From contig JBDRHA010000008.1 of NCBI GenBank assembly GCA_043817235.1, positions 112 through 64,111 on the forward strand: a stretch of 64,000 nucleotides of DNA, given 5' to 3'. Below, one piece after another: positions 27,688 to 37,872 of the stretch. The translations under genes and the position numbers were made by a program. How positions within the stretch are numbered: position 1 is the first letter of the stretch; the number at the start of each line of letters is the position of its first letter. The notes below the pieces were generated by a model. It worked only from the letters and a program-made list of their open reading frames with translations, had not been told where the DNA came from and made no database searches. This stretch comes from Candidatus Shapirobacteria bacterium (GTDB lineage: Bacteria; Patescibacteriota; Microgenomatia; UBA12405; BS750m-G30).

Positions 27688-29483
27688 TTATCAATCACCC
27701 CCTTCTCTATTTTCATTATCTCACATAAGTCGGCAAAAGGATAGCAATTAACAATATCTGACTTTTTCGCCCAGCCTCTTTTAGCCACAATCACCCCGTA
27801 TTTCATAAAATCCATTTGGGTGACATGATGAGAGTCGGCGTTAATGATTAATTTTAGCCCCCGAGAAATTGCTTGGCGAACCAAGATATCAGGAAGATCT
27901 AGGCGGTTGGGCGAAGCGTTAATTTCTAAAATCTTATTTTCTTTTAAGCAGAAAGCATAAATTTCCTCCCAATCCGCTTCTATTTCCGACCGCTTATTTA
28001 GCATTCTTGTCGTCGGGTGGCCAAGAATTTTGACCTTAGGATGAGATAATCCCCTAACAATGCGCTTGGTCATTGTCTTTTTGTCTTGGTTAAAAACACT
28101 ATGGATCGAGGCAATTACATAGTCAAGATACAAAAAACCACTTTCAGGCAAAGCAAGCTGCCCATCCGGCCGAATATCTACTTCCAAGCCGTTTATAATT
28201 TCTATCTTAAGCTTTCTACCTATCGTTTTCCTAAGCTCTTCTATTTTTTTCTCTTTACTTTTAAGTAGTACTATTATCTGATTTTTGTTATGCTGACTTA
28301 AAGAAGGATTATGCTCTGTAAATCCTAAATAATGATAGCCAAGCTCTTTTCCTTTTTTAAGCATTTGAGCAAAACTGCTTTTCCCCAGATCGTGGCTTGG
28401 CTCTATTGGAAAACTAGAGTGAAGCTGAAGGTCGCCCTTTATGTCTTTAAGCTCTGCCAGCTTTGGCAAGCTTCCTTTTTGGGCTTGCTCAATTTCTCCC
28501 TGGTTTTCCCTTAATTCCGGGGGAATATAGTCCATCCCCAAAAACTGATAAAAATCTTTTTCTTTTTCAAAAGAATATTTTTTTCGCTTACGCGTATCCT
28601 TCATTCCGTGTTCGGATAAGCTAAAACCTTTTTCCAAAGCAATTTCCCGCAAACGAATGTTATGGTGCTTGGATCCGGTAAAGTGCTGGAGCAAAGATCC
28701 GTAAGCTTTCGGGTCTTGCACATAAGCATCAATTTGGTGCCCTGAGCTAAGCAAAAAAGAAATTTTTTTCCTGCCCGCTTCTAAAACTTTGCTTAACTTA
28801 GGATAAATTTCCAATTTTTTAATCACTGCTTGGGGATCGTTAGTTGCTATTGACAGGTCAATATCGCCAACAGTAGCGCTCCCCCGACGAATGCTTCCTA
28901 GTACATCAGCCCTAATTACTTTTTTGTCTTTTTGTAAAAATCTAATGATCTTTTCGGAAATTTCTAAGGCTTCTGACAAAAGCATTCTCTTTTCCTTTTT
29001 TTCCTGCCTTAAATAATCGCTAATTCCCGCCTTAATATCTGCTTCTGATTTTTTTCCAAAGCCCATTATTTGTCTAATTTTTCCTTTTTTGGCCGCCTTT
29101 AATGTTCTTCTTAAAGCATTTTTTCGGGCTTTAATCCCTAGTTCCTGGCAGAGCTTATAAGCGGTTTTGGGGCCGATGCCGTTCACTTTAATCAGCTCAA
29201 ACATCGCTAACGGAACTGCTTTTTGAATTTTTTCAAAGTGGTCAGATTTTCCTTTTTGGAAAACTTCACTTAAATATCCCGATATTTTTTCACCAATGCC
29301 AGAGATATTTTTTAATTCTCCTTTTTCCCAAAGGGTTTTTGCAGAAGCGGAAAGACTTTCTAAAGAATCGGCCGCTTGGTCATAAGCGGTGACGCGAAAA
29401 CGACTTTTTCCTTTAACTTCCAAGGCGGCAGAAACACTTTTCAAAAGCTCTGCCAATTCTTGGTTTGACCAGCTTTTTTTCAC
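27684..29483 (-). CDS. polX: DNA polymerase X family protein with C-terminal PHP domain
   Basis: 599 aa; HhH motifs (GIGEKI, GIGPKTA), GSIRRGSATVGDIDL nucleotidyltransferase motif, C-terminal PHP histidines. Confidence 0.8.
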   Translation of the reverse strand: MKKSWSNQELAELLKSVSAALEVKGKSRFRVTAYDQAADSLESLSASAKTLWEKGELKNISGIGEKISGYLSEVFQKGKSDHFEKIQKAVPLAMFELIKVNGIGPKTAYKLCQELGIKARKNALRRTLKAAKKGKIRQIMGFGKKSEADIKAGISDYLRQEKKEKRMLLSEALEISEKIIRFLQKDKKVIRADVLGSIRRGSATVGDIDLSIATNDPQAVIKKLEIYPKLSKVLEAGRKKISFLLSSGHQIDAYVQDPKAYGSLLQHFTGSKHHNIRLREIALEKGFSLSEHGMKDTRKRKKYSFEKEKDFYQFLGMDYIPPELRENQGEIEQAQKGSLPKLAELKDIKGDLQLHSSFPIEPSHDLGKSSFAQMLKKGKELGYHYLGFTEHNPSLSQHNKNQIIVLLKSKEKKIEELRKTIGRKLKIEIINGLEVDIRPDGQLALPESGFLYLDYVIASIHSVFNQDKKTMTKRIVRGLSHPKVKILGHPTTRMLNKRSEIEADWEEIYAFCLKENKILEINASPNRLDLPDILVRQAISRGLKLIINADSHHVTQMDFMKYGVIVAKRGWAKKSDIVNCYPFADLCEIMKIEKGVIDK

Positions 29484-29556
29484 AGCCTAATAATAGCACT
29501 TTTCCGTGCTTAAATATTGCTCATTATTTAAAAAGATGCTAATATCAAAACTACTC

Positions 29557-29660
29557 GGGGCTGTAGCCCCGCCTGCCAGCGCCTGAGGCGCAGCCGATGG
29601 CGGGCACGGTCAATTGGCTAGAGCAGTCCGACGTCTCGTCGGACAGGTTGCGGGCTTGGG
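29557..29660 (+). pseudogene. Degenerate partial copy of tRNA-Asp carrying a 42-nt GC-rich hairpin insertion
   Basis: ggggctgtagc + cccgcctgccagcgcctgaggcgcagccgatggcgggcacgg + tcaattggctagagca matches the intact tRNA-Asp 5' acceptor/D-arm; anticodon arm replaced by gtccgac-gtctc-gtcggac; similarity ends after the T-stem 5' half (aggttgcggg). Confidence 0.5.
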
Positions 29661-29666
29661 TTAATA

Positions 29667-29936
29667 ATGACAAAAGGATTTGTTTACATATTAAAGAGCA
29701 TTAAAAATTCTAGTTATTATATAGGAAGTACTAACAACCTTGAAAGAAGGATGGATGACCATAAACAGGGCAAAGCAAAGTATACTAAAAACATTAGACC
29801 TGTTGAATTAAAGTTTTTTCAAGAGTACCGTTCTTTATCAAAGGCGAGAAAAATAGAATATAGGCTTAAAAAGCTATCACGTAAAGATTTAATTGATAAT
29901 ATAATAAAAGACGGCTACATAAAAATGGGGCTGTAG
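29667..29936 (+). CDS. GIY-YIG nuclease family protein (stand-alone YhbQ/UPF0213-like)
   Basis: 89 aa; FVYILKS...YYIGSTNNLERRMDDHKQGK GIY-YIG core; stop codon TAG lies inside the first bases of tRNA-Asp. Confidence 0.65.
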   Translation: MTKGFVYILKSIKNSSYYIGSTNNLERRMDDHKQGKAKYTKNIRPVELKFFQEYRSLSKARKIEYRLKKLSRKDLIDNIIKDGYIKMGL

Positions 29937-30003
29937 CTCAATTGGCTAGAGCATCCGCCTGTCACGCGGAAGGTTGCGGGTTCGAGTCCCGTTAGCCCCG
30001 CCA
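29927..30003 (+). tRNA. tRNA-Asp (anticodon GTC), CCA encoded
   Basis: ggggctg-ta-gctc...tccgc-ctgtcac-gcgga-aggtt-gcggg-ttcgagt-cccgt-tagcccc-g-cca. Confidence 0.9.
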
Positions 30004-30172
30004 ATCGGAGCACCCTGGTGACCGTGATACCTCGAATATCCCAAAAATACCTTCAAAACCTCTAGTTTTTAATTTTAACATTCGTACCGCACGCTCACTG
30101 TCCGGTAAAATACCGTAAAATAGGACTTTTGGGTGAGTTATAAGGATATTTCCAATTGAAAAACCTCTTTGA

Positions 30173-30423
30173 ACATCAAAAGAATCTTTTAGGATTTCCC
30201 GTTTCCGAATGGAAAGGTTTCTGGAATGTCCTAGATGCTTCTATCTTGACCGAAAAATGGATTTAGATCGTCCGGTCTTCCTGGGTGGCCTCTAAACAGT
30301 GCTGTTGACCGCCTTCTTAAAAACGAGTTTGATTTACTTCGAAACGATGGGAAGCCTCATGCCTTAATGAAAGAATGCGGCATTGATCTAGTTCCTTTCT
30401 CACACCTTGATTTGTTAGAATGA
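30173..30423 (+). pseudogene. Frameshifted, truncated fragment of a paralogue of the PD-(D/E)XK nuclease at 24965-25759
   Basis: Translation TSKESFRISRFRMERFLECPRCFYLDRKMDLDRPVF then +2 shift LNSAVDRLLKNEFDLLRNDGKPHALMKECGIDLVPFSHLDLLE*; aligns with residues ~15-100 of the intact protein (FRISRSKIDLFIECPRCFYLDRRLGLSRP...LNSAVDSLLKNEFDLLRKKGEAHMLMK...IPFNHPDL). Confidence 0.6.
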
Positions 30424-30504
30424 AGAGATGATTATTATAAAATATGTAGGCGTATCGATTTTGTATAAACCAACCAATCTCGAACTTTGTGGAATTAATG
30501 AATT

Positions 30505-30975
30505 ATGACTTCATATAAACATACTCAAATTGGATATCTGATGCTAATTGTGATGCTGGCCGTGCTGATTCTTTTCGCATGGGCTTATATTACGGCTTCA
30601 GCCGAACCTCCCTCGTATTACTCTGGCACAAATTTTGCCGTTACTGCCTTAATGGTATTAATTCTATTTATTCTTGCATCGTTTACCACGCTGACAGTGT
30701 CAATTGATGAAAACTATCTTCGAATCAAATTTGGATATGGGCTTTTTAAGAAGAAATTTTTACTAAGTAAAATGGTTTCTGTAAAAACTGTAAAGAATCC
30801 TTGGTATTACGGCTGGGGAATTAGGTTGTGTTTATGGCCCACTATATGGATCTATAACGTTTCAGGTTTTGATGCGGTTGAAATAATGATGAAGAACGGA
30901 AGGACGTATCGCATAGGCACAGATAATCCAAAAAAACTTGAGATGTCAATTAAGCGGGTTATCTTTACTACCTAA
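30505..30975 (+). CDS. Membrane protein with bacterial PH-like (DUF304/bPH_2-like) domain
   Basis: 156 aa; two N-terminal TM helices followed by small beta-rich domain (LTVSIDENYLRIKFG...). Confidence 0.35.
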   Translation: MTSYKHTQIGYLMLIVMLAVLILFAWAYITASAEPPSYYSGTNFAVTALMVLILFILASFTTLTVSIDENYLRIKFGYGLFKKKFLLSKMVSVKTVKNPWYYGWGIRLCLWPTIWIYNVSGFDAVEIMMKNGRTYRIGTDNPKKLEMSIKRVIFTT

Positions 30976-30978
30976 CGC

Positions 30979-32994
30979 TTACGCTTCTGCAAATTGGCTA
31001 TTATAAAGTTCTGTATAAAAACCGTTAAGACTCAGTAATTTTTCGTGTGTTCCATGCTCTATCACATCTCCGTTTTTCATTACTAAAATTAAGTCTGCAT
31101 CCCGAATAGTCGAAAGCCGATGGGCAATTACAAAACTTGTCTTATCTTTCATAAGCATGTCCATGGCTTTTTGAATTAAAACTTCTGTTCGAGTATCTAC
31201 AGAACTTGTGGCTTCGTCCAGTATTAGCATTGGCCTTTTGGCTAACATCGCTCTTGCAATGGTAAGCAGTTGTTTTTCACCTTGGGAAATATTACCGGCT
31301 TCCTCGTTTATTTCCATATCATACCCATTAGGAAGTGACTTCACAAAGTGATCGACATGTGCTTCCTGTGCGGCAGTTATAAGGTCTTTTTCGGAAGCTT
31401 CCGGGTTCCCGTAAGTAATATTGTCTCGTATCGTACCTTTAAAAAGCCAGGTGTCCTGAAGAACCATCCCAAAAAGTTTTCTCACTTCAGACCTTTTCAT
31501 CTCTTTTATGTCAACGCCGTCTATCTTAATTAAGCCGCTACCAACTTCATAAAATCTCATTAAAAGATTAACTAACGTAGTCTTTCCCGCTCCGGTTGGA
31601 CCAACGATAGCAACTCTATGCCCTGGCTCAATTTTTATAGAAAGGTTTTTAATGACTTTCTGATCAGGATTATAACCAAAAACTACGTTTTTAAATTCTA
31701 TTTTTCCCTTAACTTTCGATAAAACGATTGATTTATTAGTTTCCTTTGACTCTTCTTCTTCAGCTAGAAATTCAAAAACCCTCTCAGCTGCAGCAGCCGT
31801 TGACTGCAACACATTTGCGATATTGGCGGTTTGAGTAATCGGCCGGTTAAACTGCTGAACGTATTGAATAAAAGCCTGAATATCTCCAATTTGTAATTTG
31901 CCATTAATAGCAAGCCAGCCTCCTACAACTGATACGCCTACGTAACCCAAATTACCAATAAATGTCATTAACGGGTGCATAAGACCCGATAGAAATTGGG
32001 ATTTCCAGGCACTTTGATAAAGTTTGGAATTGATCTTATCAAATTTTTTAATGGAATCTTTCTCTCCATTGAACACTTTGACAACTAAATGCCCGGAATA
32101 CATTTCTTCAACATGTCCGTTCATCAGACCAAGACTGGCTTGTTGATTTACGAACTGAATTTGGGAACGTTTCATAATTTGGGTAATTAAGAGAAAACTC
32201 AAGGGTAAAATAATAACTGTTACCAGGGTGAGAAGCGGACTTATCGAAAGCATCATAACAATAATACCAATAATCATAACAGCCGATGTTACAATTTGAG
32301 ACAGGCTTTGGTTTAATGTTTGGCTTACCGTGTCAACATCATTGGTGACCCTGCTTAAAACTTCTCCATATCTGTGTTTATCAAAGTAACTTAAGGGAAG
32401 TCTGTTAATTTTTTCCGAAAGATCCTTTCTGAATTGATAGGTTACTTTCTGGGTAATTCCTGTCATGATCCAGCCTTGAATATAGCCAAAAGCTGCACTT
32501 AGCAAATAGAGGCCGATAAGCAGAAGAATAATGTTTCGTATACTCTCAAAATGAAAGCTAGGACGTTTGGATAGATCAAGAGACTCTATTTTGGCAAAAG
32601 TTTCAGCGGGAATTTCATTAAGTAATTGCTGTGGAAGCTTCGTAATTAAATCTGTACCTTTTATTCCTGCAGGTAGCTCAATTTCAGCGGGGAGTTTGGA
32701 GATGACTTTGTCATAAGTTTGTATGTCAGTATAATCACTTACTATCTGGTTTGTAACCTGACCTAATATTTTTGGACTGACAATGGAGAAAATAGTACTG
32801 GCTATTACAAAAATTAATACCAATGACATTTTGGACCAAAAGGGTCGTAAATAACTTGCCAGTTTTTTTATTGTGCCCTTGAAATCTTTTGCCTTTTCAA
32901 CTGGCCCTCTTGCCATCATATTTCCTCTTCTGCCAAAAGGCATACCACCTGACTGGCCCTTTGAAGATTTGATTTTATCCTGATCTTTATTCAT
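30979..32994 (-). CDS. ABC exporter, fused permease/ATPase (heterodimer subunit)
   Basis: 671 aa; 6-TM domain then Walker A GPTGAGKTTLVNLL, signature ISQGEKQ, Walker B ILDEATSSVD. Confidence 0.85.
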   Translation of the reverse strand: MNKDQDKIKSSKGQSGGMPFGRRGNMMARGPVEKAKDFKGTIKKLASYLRPFWSKMSLVLIFVIASTIFSIVSPKILGQVTNQIVSDYTDIQTYDKVISKLPAEIELPAGIKGTDLITKLPQQLLNEIPAETFAKIESLDLSKRPSFHFESIRNIILLLIGLYLLSAAFGYIQGWIMTGITQKVTYQFRKDLSEKINRLPLSYFDKHRYGEVLSRVTNDVDTVSQTLNQSLSQIVTSAVMIIGIIVMMLSISPLLTLVTVIILPLSFLLITQIMKRSQIQFVNQQASLGLMNGHVEEMYSGHLVVKVFNGEKDSIKKFDKINSKLYQSAWKSQFLSGLMHPLMTFIGNLGYVGVSVVGGWLAINGKLQIGDIQAFIQYVQQFNRPITQTANIANVLQSTAAAAERVFEFLAEEEESKETNKSIVLSKVKGKIEFKNVVFGYNPDQKVIKNLSIKIEPGHRVAIVGPTGAGKTTLVNLLMRFYEVGSGLIKIDGVDIKEMKRSEVRKLFGMVLQDTWLFKGTIRDNITYGNPEASEKDLITAAQEAHVDHFVKSLPNGYDMEINEEAGNISQGEKQLLTIARAMLAKRPMLILDEATSSVDTRTEVLIQKAMDMLMKDKTSFVIAHRLSTIRDADLILVMKNGDVIEHGTHEKLLSLNGFYTELYNSQFAEA

Positions 32995-34733
32995 AATTTT
33001 TGTGACTTTAATTCCTCGTCAGAAAGTTGCGAGTATGCTATTTCCTTATAAATTTCATTTTGTTTAAGTAGTTGCCTGTGAGTCCCCTGGCCGACAATTT
33101 TTCCTTTATCCAAAACAATAATTTTGTCGACATTCATAATTGTGCTTATGCGCTGGCCAACCACCAACATGGTTTTATTCTTAATTTCTTTTGTTAATGC
33201 CTTGCGAAGTTGGGCATCTGTTTTATAATCTAGTGCAGAAAATGAATCGTCAAAAATATAAACTTTTGGCTTTACCGCAATTGCCCGGGCAATTGAGAGC
33301 CTTTGTTTTTGTCCTCCAGAAACATTAGAACCACCCTGAGATATTTTGCTGTCATATTTTTTATTAAGTCTATTTATGAACTCTGAAGCTTGGGCAATAC
33401 TAGCGGATCTTGCAATGTCTATATCCTTTGCATTTTTGTTTCCATAATTTATATTGCTTTTAACCGTTCCGGAAAACAACACTCCTTTTTGAGGAACATA
33501 ACCAATCTGGCTATATAAGTCATTAAGCTTTAAATCCCGTATATCAACTCCATCCAGAAGAATTTGACCTGCTGTTACGTCATAAAATCTAGGTATTAAA
33601 TTTATGAGAGTCGTCTTTCCGCTCCCAGTACTACCAATAAAAGCGGTTGTCTGCCCAGGCTCTGCAGAAAAGTTGATACCGGTTAAGATAGGCACGTCTG
33701 CATCAGGATATGTAAAAGTAACATCTTTAAATTCAATTCTACCTCTTCCCTTTGGATTCGGATTAGTTGGCTTTTTGGGGTCCTTAATTAAAGGGTCAGT
33801 TTCTAAAACCTCTGCTACCCTTTTACCAGATACAGACGCCCTTGGAATCATGATAAAAACTATCGAAATCATTAAAAATGACATAATAACTTGCATCGTA
33901 TATTGCATAAAGGCGAGCATGTTTCCAATTTGAATTGAACCACTGTCTATTAAATGTAATGAGAACCAGACGATAGCAACAACAGAAAGATTAAGTACTA
34001 GCAGCATCGTTGGCTGGAGAATAGACATTAACCTGTTTACAAATAAGTTAACTTTTGTTAATTCTTTATTTGTTTTTTCAAATTTCTCTTGTTCCTTGTG
34101 CTCATTATTGAAAGCCCTAACTATCCGCAAGCCCGATAAATTTTCCCGAGTCACCAGATTAAGTTTATCTATTAATTCTTGTACGAACTTAAATTTGGGA
34201 AGACCGAAAACAAAAAGTACTGCAATCATCCCCAAAAGTGTTAAGGTGGCAAGACCGATGATCCAACTCAAAGAAGGTGCTGTGATAAGAGCCTTCTGAA
34301 GCGCACCAATAGCCATAATGGGTGCCATGAGAACGAGCCTAAAAACCATAATTAAAACCATTTGTATTTGCTGGATATCGTTTGTGGATCTTGTAATAAG
34401 AGAGGCTGTGGAGAACTTGTTAAACTCTGAAATAGAGAAGCTTTCAACTTTAGTAAAAACTTGCTTCCTTACATCCCGAGAAAATCCTGTGGCAATACGG
34501 GAGGCTAAGTACCCAACGACAGCCGCAGACACAACCCCAACAAGGGTAATCAAGAGCATTAATCCACCATTGGTGTAAATTGCCTTTGTATTCTTAAGAA
34601 TTATTCCATCATTAACGATATTGGCCATATAGTCAGGTAAGGCTAGATTTGCTATTACTTGAAGATAGGTAAATACAGCCAATACCAGAATGAGCCAAAT
34701 ATAAGGCCTTAAGAATTTTATTAATTTTGTCAT
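32991..34733 (-). CDS. ABC exporter, fused permease/ATPase (heterodimer subunit)
   Basis: 580 aa; Walker A GSTGSGKTTLINLI, signature VSGGQKQRLSIARA, Walker B IFDDSFSALD; overlaps partner by 4 nt. Confidence 0.85.
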   Translation of the reverse strand: MTKLIKFLRPYIWLILVLAVFTYLQVIANLALPDYMANIVNDGIILKNTKAIYTNGGLMLLITLVGVVSAAVVGYLASRIATGFSRDVRKQVFTKVESFSISEFNKFSTASLITRSTNDIQQIQMVLIMVFRLVLMAPIMAIGALQKALITAPSLSWIIGLATLTLLGMIAVLFVFGLPKFKFVQELIDKLNLVTRENLSGLRIVRAFNNEHKEQEKFEKTNKELTKVNLFVNRLMSILQPTMLLVLNLSVVAIVWFSLHLIDSGSIQIGNMLAFMQYTMQVIMSFLMISIVFIMIPRASVSGKRVAEVLETDPLIKDPKKPTNPNPKGRGRIEFKDVTFTYPDADVPILTGINFSAEPGQTTAFIGSTGSGKTTLINLIPRFYDVTAGQILLDGVDIRDLKLNDLYSQIGYVPQKGVLFSGTVKSNINYGNKNAKDIDIARSASIAQASEFINRLNKKYDSKISQGGSNVSGGQKQRLSIARAIAVKPKVYIFDDSFSALDYKTDAQLRKALTKEIKNKTMLVVGQRISTIMNVDKIIVLDKGKIVGQGTHRQLLKQNEIYKEIAYSQLSDEELKSQKL

Positions 34734-34745
34734 TTTACTGCTTTC

Positions 34746-35966
34746 TCACTCATATCTTAATGCCTCAATTGGTAATAGTTTTGCTGCTCGTTGGGCCGGA
34801 TAATAACCAAATACAACTCCTACGACAGAAGAAACTCCGACGGCAAGAAGAATTGAGCTAAGAGAGACAACAAACGGGATATCTATAAGTCCAGAGATCA
34901 AAAATGACAAACCAATCCCTAGTGACATTCCGATTAAACCACCTACAAGAGTTAAAACAATTGCCTCGATTAAAAATTGTGTAAGAATGTCTCCATCTCT
35001 TGCTCCGATGGATTTTAAAAGGCCAATTTCTCGCGTTCGCTCAGTCACAGTCACAAGCATAATGTTCATAATGCCAATGCCACCAACTACAAGAGAAATT
35101 GCAGCAATTCCAGATAGCAATGCTGTCAAAAGTCCTGTCACCGACCCAACAGTATCCAATGCCTGTTGTGCACTGTTTACTGAAAAGTCATTATTCGCCC
35201 CCTCGATAATATCATGCTGATCTACCAACAAAGAAGTAATGTCATTAACTGTTTGATTTACCAGCTCTCCATTTTCAACTTGTATCAAAATCTGGGAAAC
35301 ATAATCTTGTCCAAGTAATATCTTCATGGCAGTATTTACCGGAATATAGACACCTTTGTTGGGGTTTGAGAAAGCACTACTATCCTTTTCTTGAAGCACT
35401 CCTATTACTCTAAAAGACTTGTTGTCAAGTTTTATAGATTCTCCAACAGGCTCAGCTTCTTCACCAAATAAATCAGCAACAACATCCGCTCCAATTACGG
35501 CAACACGAGAAAGACTGATTTCATCATCATTACTAAAAAACTCCCCTTGGTTAATCTCAAGTGATTGGATAGTTGAATAATCTGATCCAACACCTTGAAC
35601 TGTGGCATTTACGGTTTGTCCATTGGCACTTACCTGAAGCGGTTTCGAGGCTACTCCAGATACAGCTGAGATATTTTGCAATCTAGATTTGTCGGCAAGT
35701 GCTTCTACATCTTCAAGCTTGAGTGTGTCAGTCTGGTTTTGCCGTGGCCCCTGTCCACTTCCACTTGACCCCGGAAGTATAAATACTGTATTTGTTCCAA
35801 AAGAAGACAGCTGACCAGTAATGCTTGCTGTGGCTCCTTGCCCCAGCGAGATAATTAAAATAACAGAGGCAATACCAATAATTATTCCCAGCATAGTTAG
35901 TAGGGTACGAAGAATATTTCCTCTTAAAGCCCCAATTGCAGATGATATAAGTTCGTTGTAATTCAT
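34746..35966 (-). CDS. ABC transporter permease, FtsX/MacB-like
   Basis: 406 aa; N-terminal TM, large periplasmic domain, C-terminal 3-TM FtsX fold (TERTREIGLLKSIGARDGDILTQFLIEA). Confidence 0.8.
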   Translation of the reverse strand: MNYNELISSAIGALRGNILRTLLTMLGIIIGIASVILIISLGQGATASITGQLSSFGTNTVFILPGSSGSGQGPRQNQTDTLKLEDVEALADKSRLQNISAVSGVASKPLQVSANGQTVNATVQGVGSDYSTIQSLEINQGEFFSNDDEISLSRVAVIGADVVADLFGEEAEPVGESIKLDNKSFRVIGVLQEKDSSAFSNPNKGVYIPVNTAMKILLGQDYVSQILIQVENGELVNQTVNDITSLLVDQHDIIEGANNDFSVNSAQQALDTVGSVTGLLTALLSGIAAISLVVGGIGIMNIMLVTVTERTREIGLLKSIGARDGDILTQFLIEAIVLTLVGGLIGMSLGIGLSFLISGLIDIPFVVSLSSILLAVGVSSVVGVVFGYYPAQRAAKLLPIEALRYE

Positions 35967-35968
35967 GG

Positions 35969-36661
35969 TTAGTTAATAGTATCTGAAACAATCTCACCGT
36001 CTTTTAAGCGAATCGTGCGTTTTGCAAAGGCCGCGATATCGTCTTCGTGGGTAATAAGAACAATTGTGTGCCCCTTTTTATTAAGCTCACGGAAAAAAAC
36101 CATTATTTCGTGAGCTGTTTTGCTATCCAAATTTCCGGTTGGTTCATCAGCAAGGATGATAGCTGGGTTCATTACCAACGCCCGAGCAATAGCTACCCGT
36201 TGGATTTGACCACCGGAAATATGGTTAGAAAGATTGTCTGCTTTGTCGTCAATGCCAACTAACTCCAAACATTCCATCGCTCTTTTTTTCCGTCCCTCAA
36301 TATCTATACCGGCATACATCATCGGCCGTTCAACATTTTTAAAAACAGTGGTTCGCGGCAGTAAGTTAAAAGCTTGGAAAATAAAGCCAATTTCGTGGTT
36401 TCGGATATAGGCCAGATCATCACTATTGTAAGTGCTGATATCCTTGCCTTTTAAAAAATATTTACCACTCGTGGGAGTATCAAGCGCGCCTAGAATATGC
36501 ATTGTGGTTGACTTACCTGATCCCGAAGGACCCATAATCGCCACAAACTCGCCCTGATCAATATTAAGAGAGATTCCTTTTAATGCTCTGTAGGTGTCGT
36601 TTCCAACCCCATAATCTTTAACAATCTCTTTTAGTAAAATAACAGGTGTTCTTTTTTTCAT
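35969..36661 (-). CDS. ABC transporter ATP-binding protein (MacB/LolD-type)
   Basis: Start set at MKKRTPVILLKEIVKDYG to avoid overlap with adaptor gene; Walker A GPSGSGKST, signature ISGGQIQRVAIARAL, Walker B ILADEPTGNLD. Confidence 0.85.
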   Translation of the reverse strand: MKKRTPVILLKEIVKDYGVGNDTYRALKGISLNIDQGEFVAIMGPSGSGKSTTMHILGALDTPTSGKYFLKGKDISTYNSDDLAYIRNHEIGFIFQAFNLLPRTTVFKNVERPMMYAGIDIEGRKKRAMECLELVGIDDKADNLSNHISGGQIQRVAIARALVMNPAIILADEPTGNLDSKTAHEIMVFFRELNKKGHTIVLITHEDDIAAFAKRTIRLKDGEIVSDTIN

Positions 36662-36668
36662 ACATATT

Positions 36669-37871
36669 TTACCTACCAAACGGTCCTCCGCCATTAGCTT
36701 CAACAACTCCATTCTTAGCACCAGTTATTACTTCCATACCTTCTTCGACTCCACTTATTATCTGAGTTCTTTCGGGACTCTTAATTCCCACTTCAACTGG
36801 GATATATTTTGGCATGTCGGTTTGCGGGTCGATTACTTGTACTGCCTTGCCCCCTTGGTAGGGTTTAATTGCACTGTTTGGAACTATCAAGGCATTTTCA
36901 GCTTTATCGACTACAATATCTACATTTGCCGTCATCATAGAACGGATGGAGCTCTCGGGATCAATTATTTCAACCACAACCGTATAAGTGATAACTCCAT
37001 TAGCATTTATACCAATTGTGTCTACATGGGTTACCTTGCCTTGGAACTTTTTACCTGGAAAAGCGTCAAGGGTAAAAGTGGCAGACTGATCTACCTTTAC
37101 CTTAGGAATGTCAACCTCATTTAGCTCAAGAGTTACTGTATATCTTGAGAAGTTCCCAACCACCAAAACTGGGATTCCTCCTGTGCTGCTATTTCCAGCA
37201 ACTACATGGTCACCAGCCTTAGACAAAAAATTAGCCACAGTTCCACTTGCTGGAGCGCGGACTATGATATTTTGTGTTGCGAAGTAAGCTAGTTCGGCTG
37301 ATTTCAAGGAAGCTTCGGCAGCGGCAATGGCATCATATGCGGAGTCCCTTGCTGCTTGAGCTGTAGTTCTTAATGCTTTCTGTGCAAATGTCTCATCTGA
37401 GTCATGATCTTTTACATCGTCTTCCACTTTTTGCGCAGTTGCTTCGCGATCCCGATAGGTATTCAAGGCTTGATTATAGGCAGAAGAAGCACCTTGGTAT
37501 GTAGCGAAAGCCGCGGCTTTTTCTTGATCTGTAGCAGTACTCCTCACTTTAAAAAGATTCTGACCTGCCTTAACTTCTGCGCCATTTTCAATATATACAA
37601 CCTCTATAATTCCAGTTGAGCTTGAGTAAACATCAACTATACCAGAAGAGTTTACATTCCCAGTTTCGGATACAATTTGCTCAATATTCCTTCGTTCGAC
37701 TTTCTGAAAAAGATATTCCGGTTGATTGTTTGTATTTCCAATACGATTGAATGCAAAATAAGCAACTCCAAGAATCAAGGTGACAGTAATTATTTTTTTA
37801 ACTAGGCTAAGTTTCAAAAACCATTTTTTGACACGAAGAGCCCCACCTTTTATTTTTTTAAAGATTTTCAT
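36669..37871 (-). CDS. Efflux transporter periplasmic adaptor subunit (membrane fusion protein, HlyD/MacA-like)
   Basis: 400 aa; N-terminal TM anchor, coiled-coil region, beta-barrel/lipoyl-like segments typical of MFPs. Confidence 0.7.
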   Translation of the reverse strand: MKIFKKIKGGALRVKKWFLKLSLVKKIITVTLILGVAYFAFNRIGNTNNQPEYLFQKVERRNIEQIVSETGNVNSSGIVDVYSSSTGIIEVVYIENGAEVKAGQNLFKVRSTATDQEKAAAFATYQGASSAYNQALNTYRDREATAQKVEDDVKDHDSDETFAQKALRTTAQAARDSAYDAIAAAEASLKSAELAYFATQNIIVRAPASGTVANFLSKAGDHVVAGNSSTGGIPVLVVGNFSRYTVTLELNEVDIPKVKVDQSATFTLDAFPGKKFQGKVTHVDTIGINANGVITYTVVVEIIDPESSIRSMMTANVDIVVDKAENALIVPNSAIKPYQGGKAVQVIDPQTDMPKYIPVEVGIKSPERTQIISGVEEGMEVITGAKNGVVEANGGGPFGR

Positions 37872-37872
37872 T

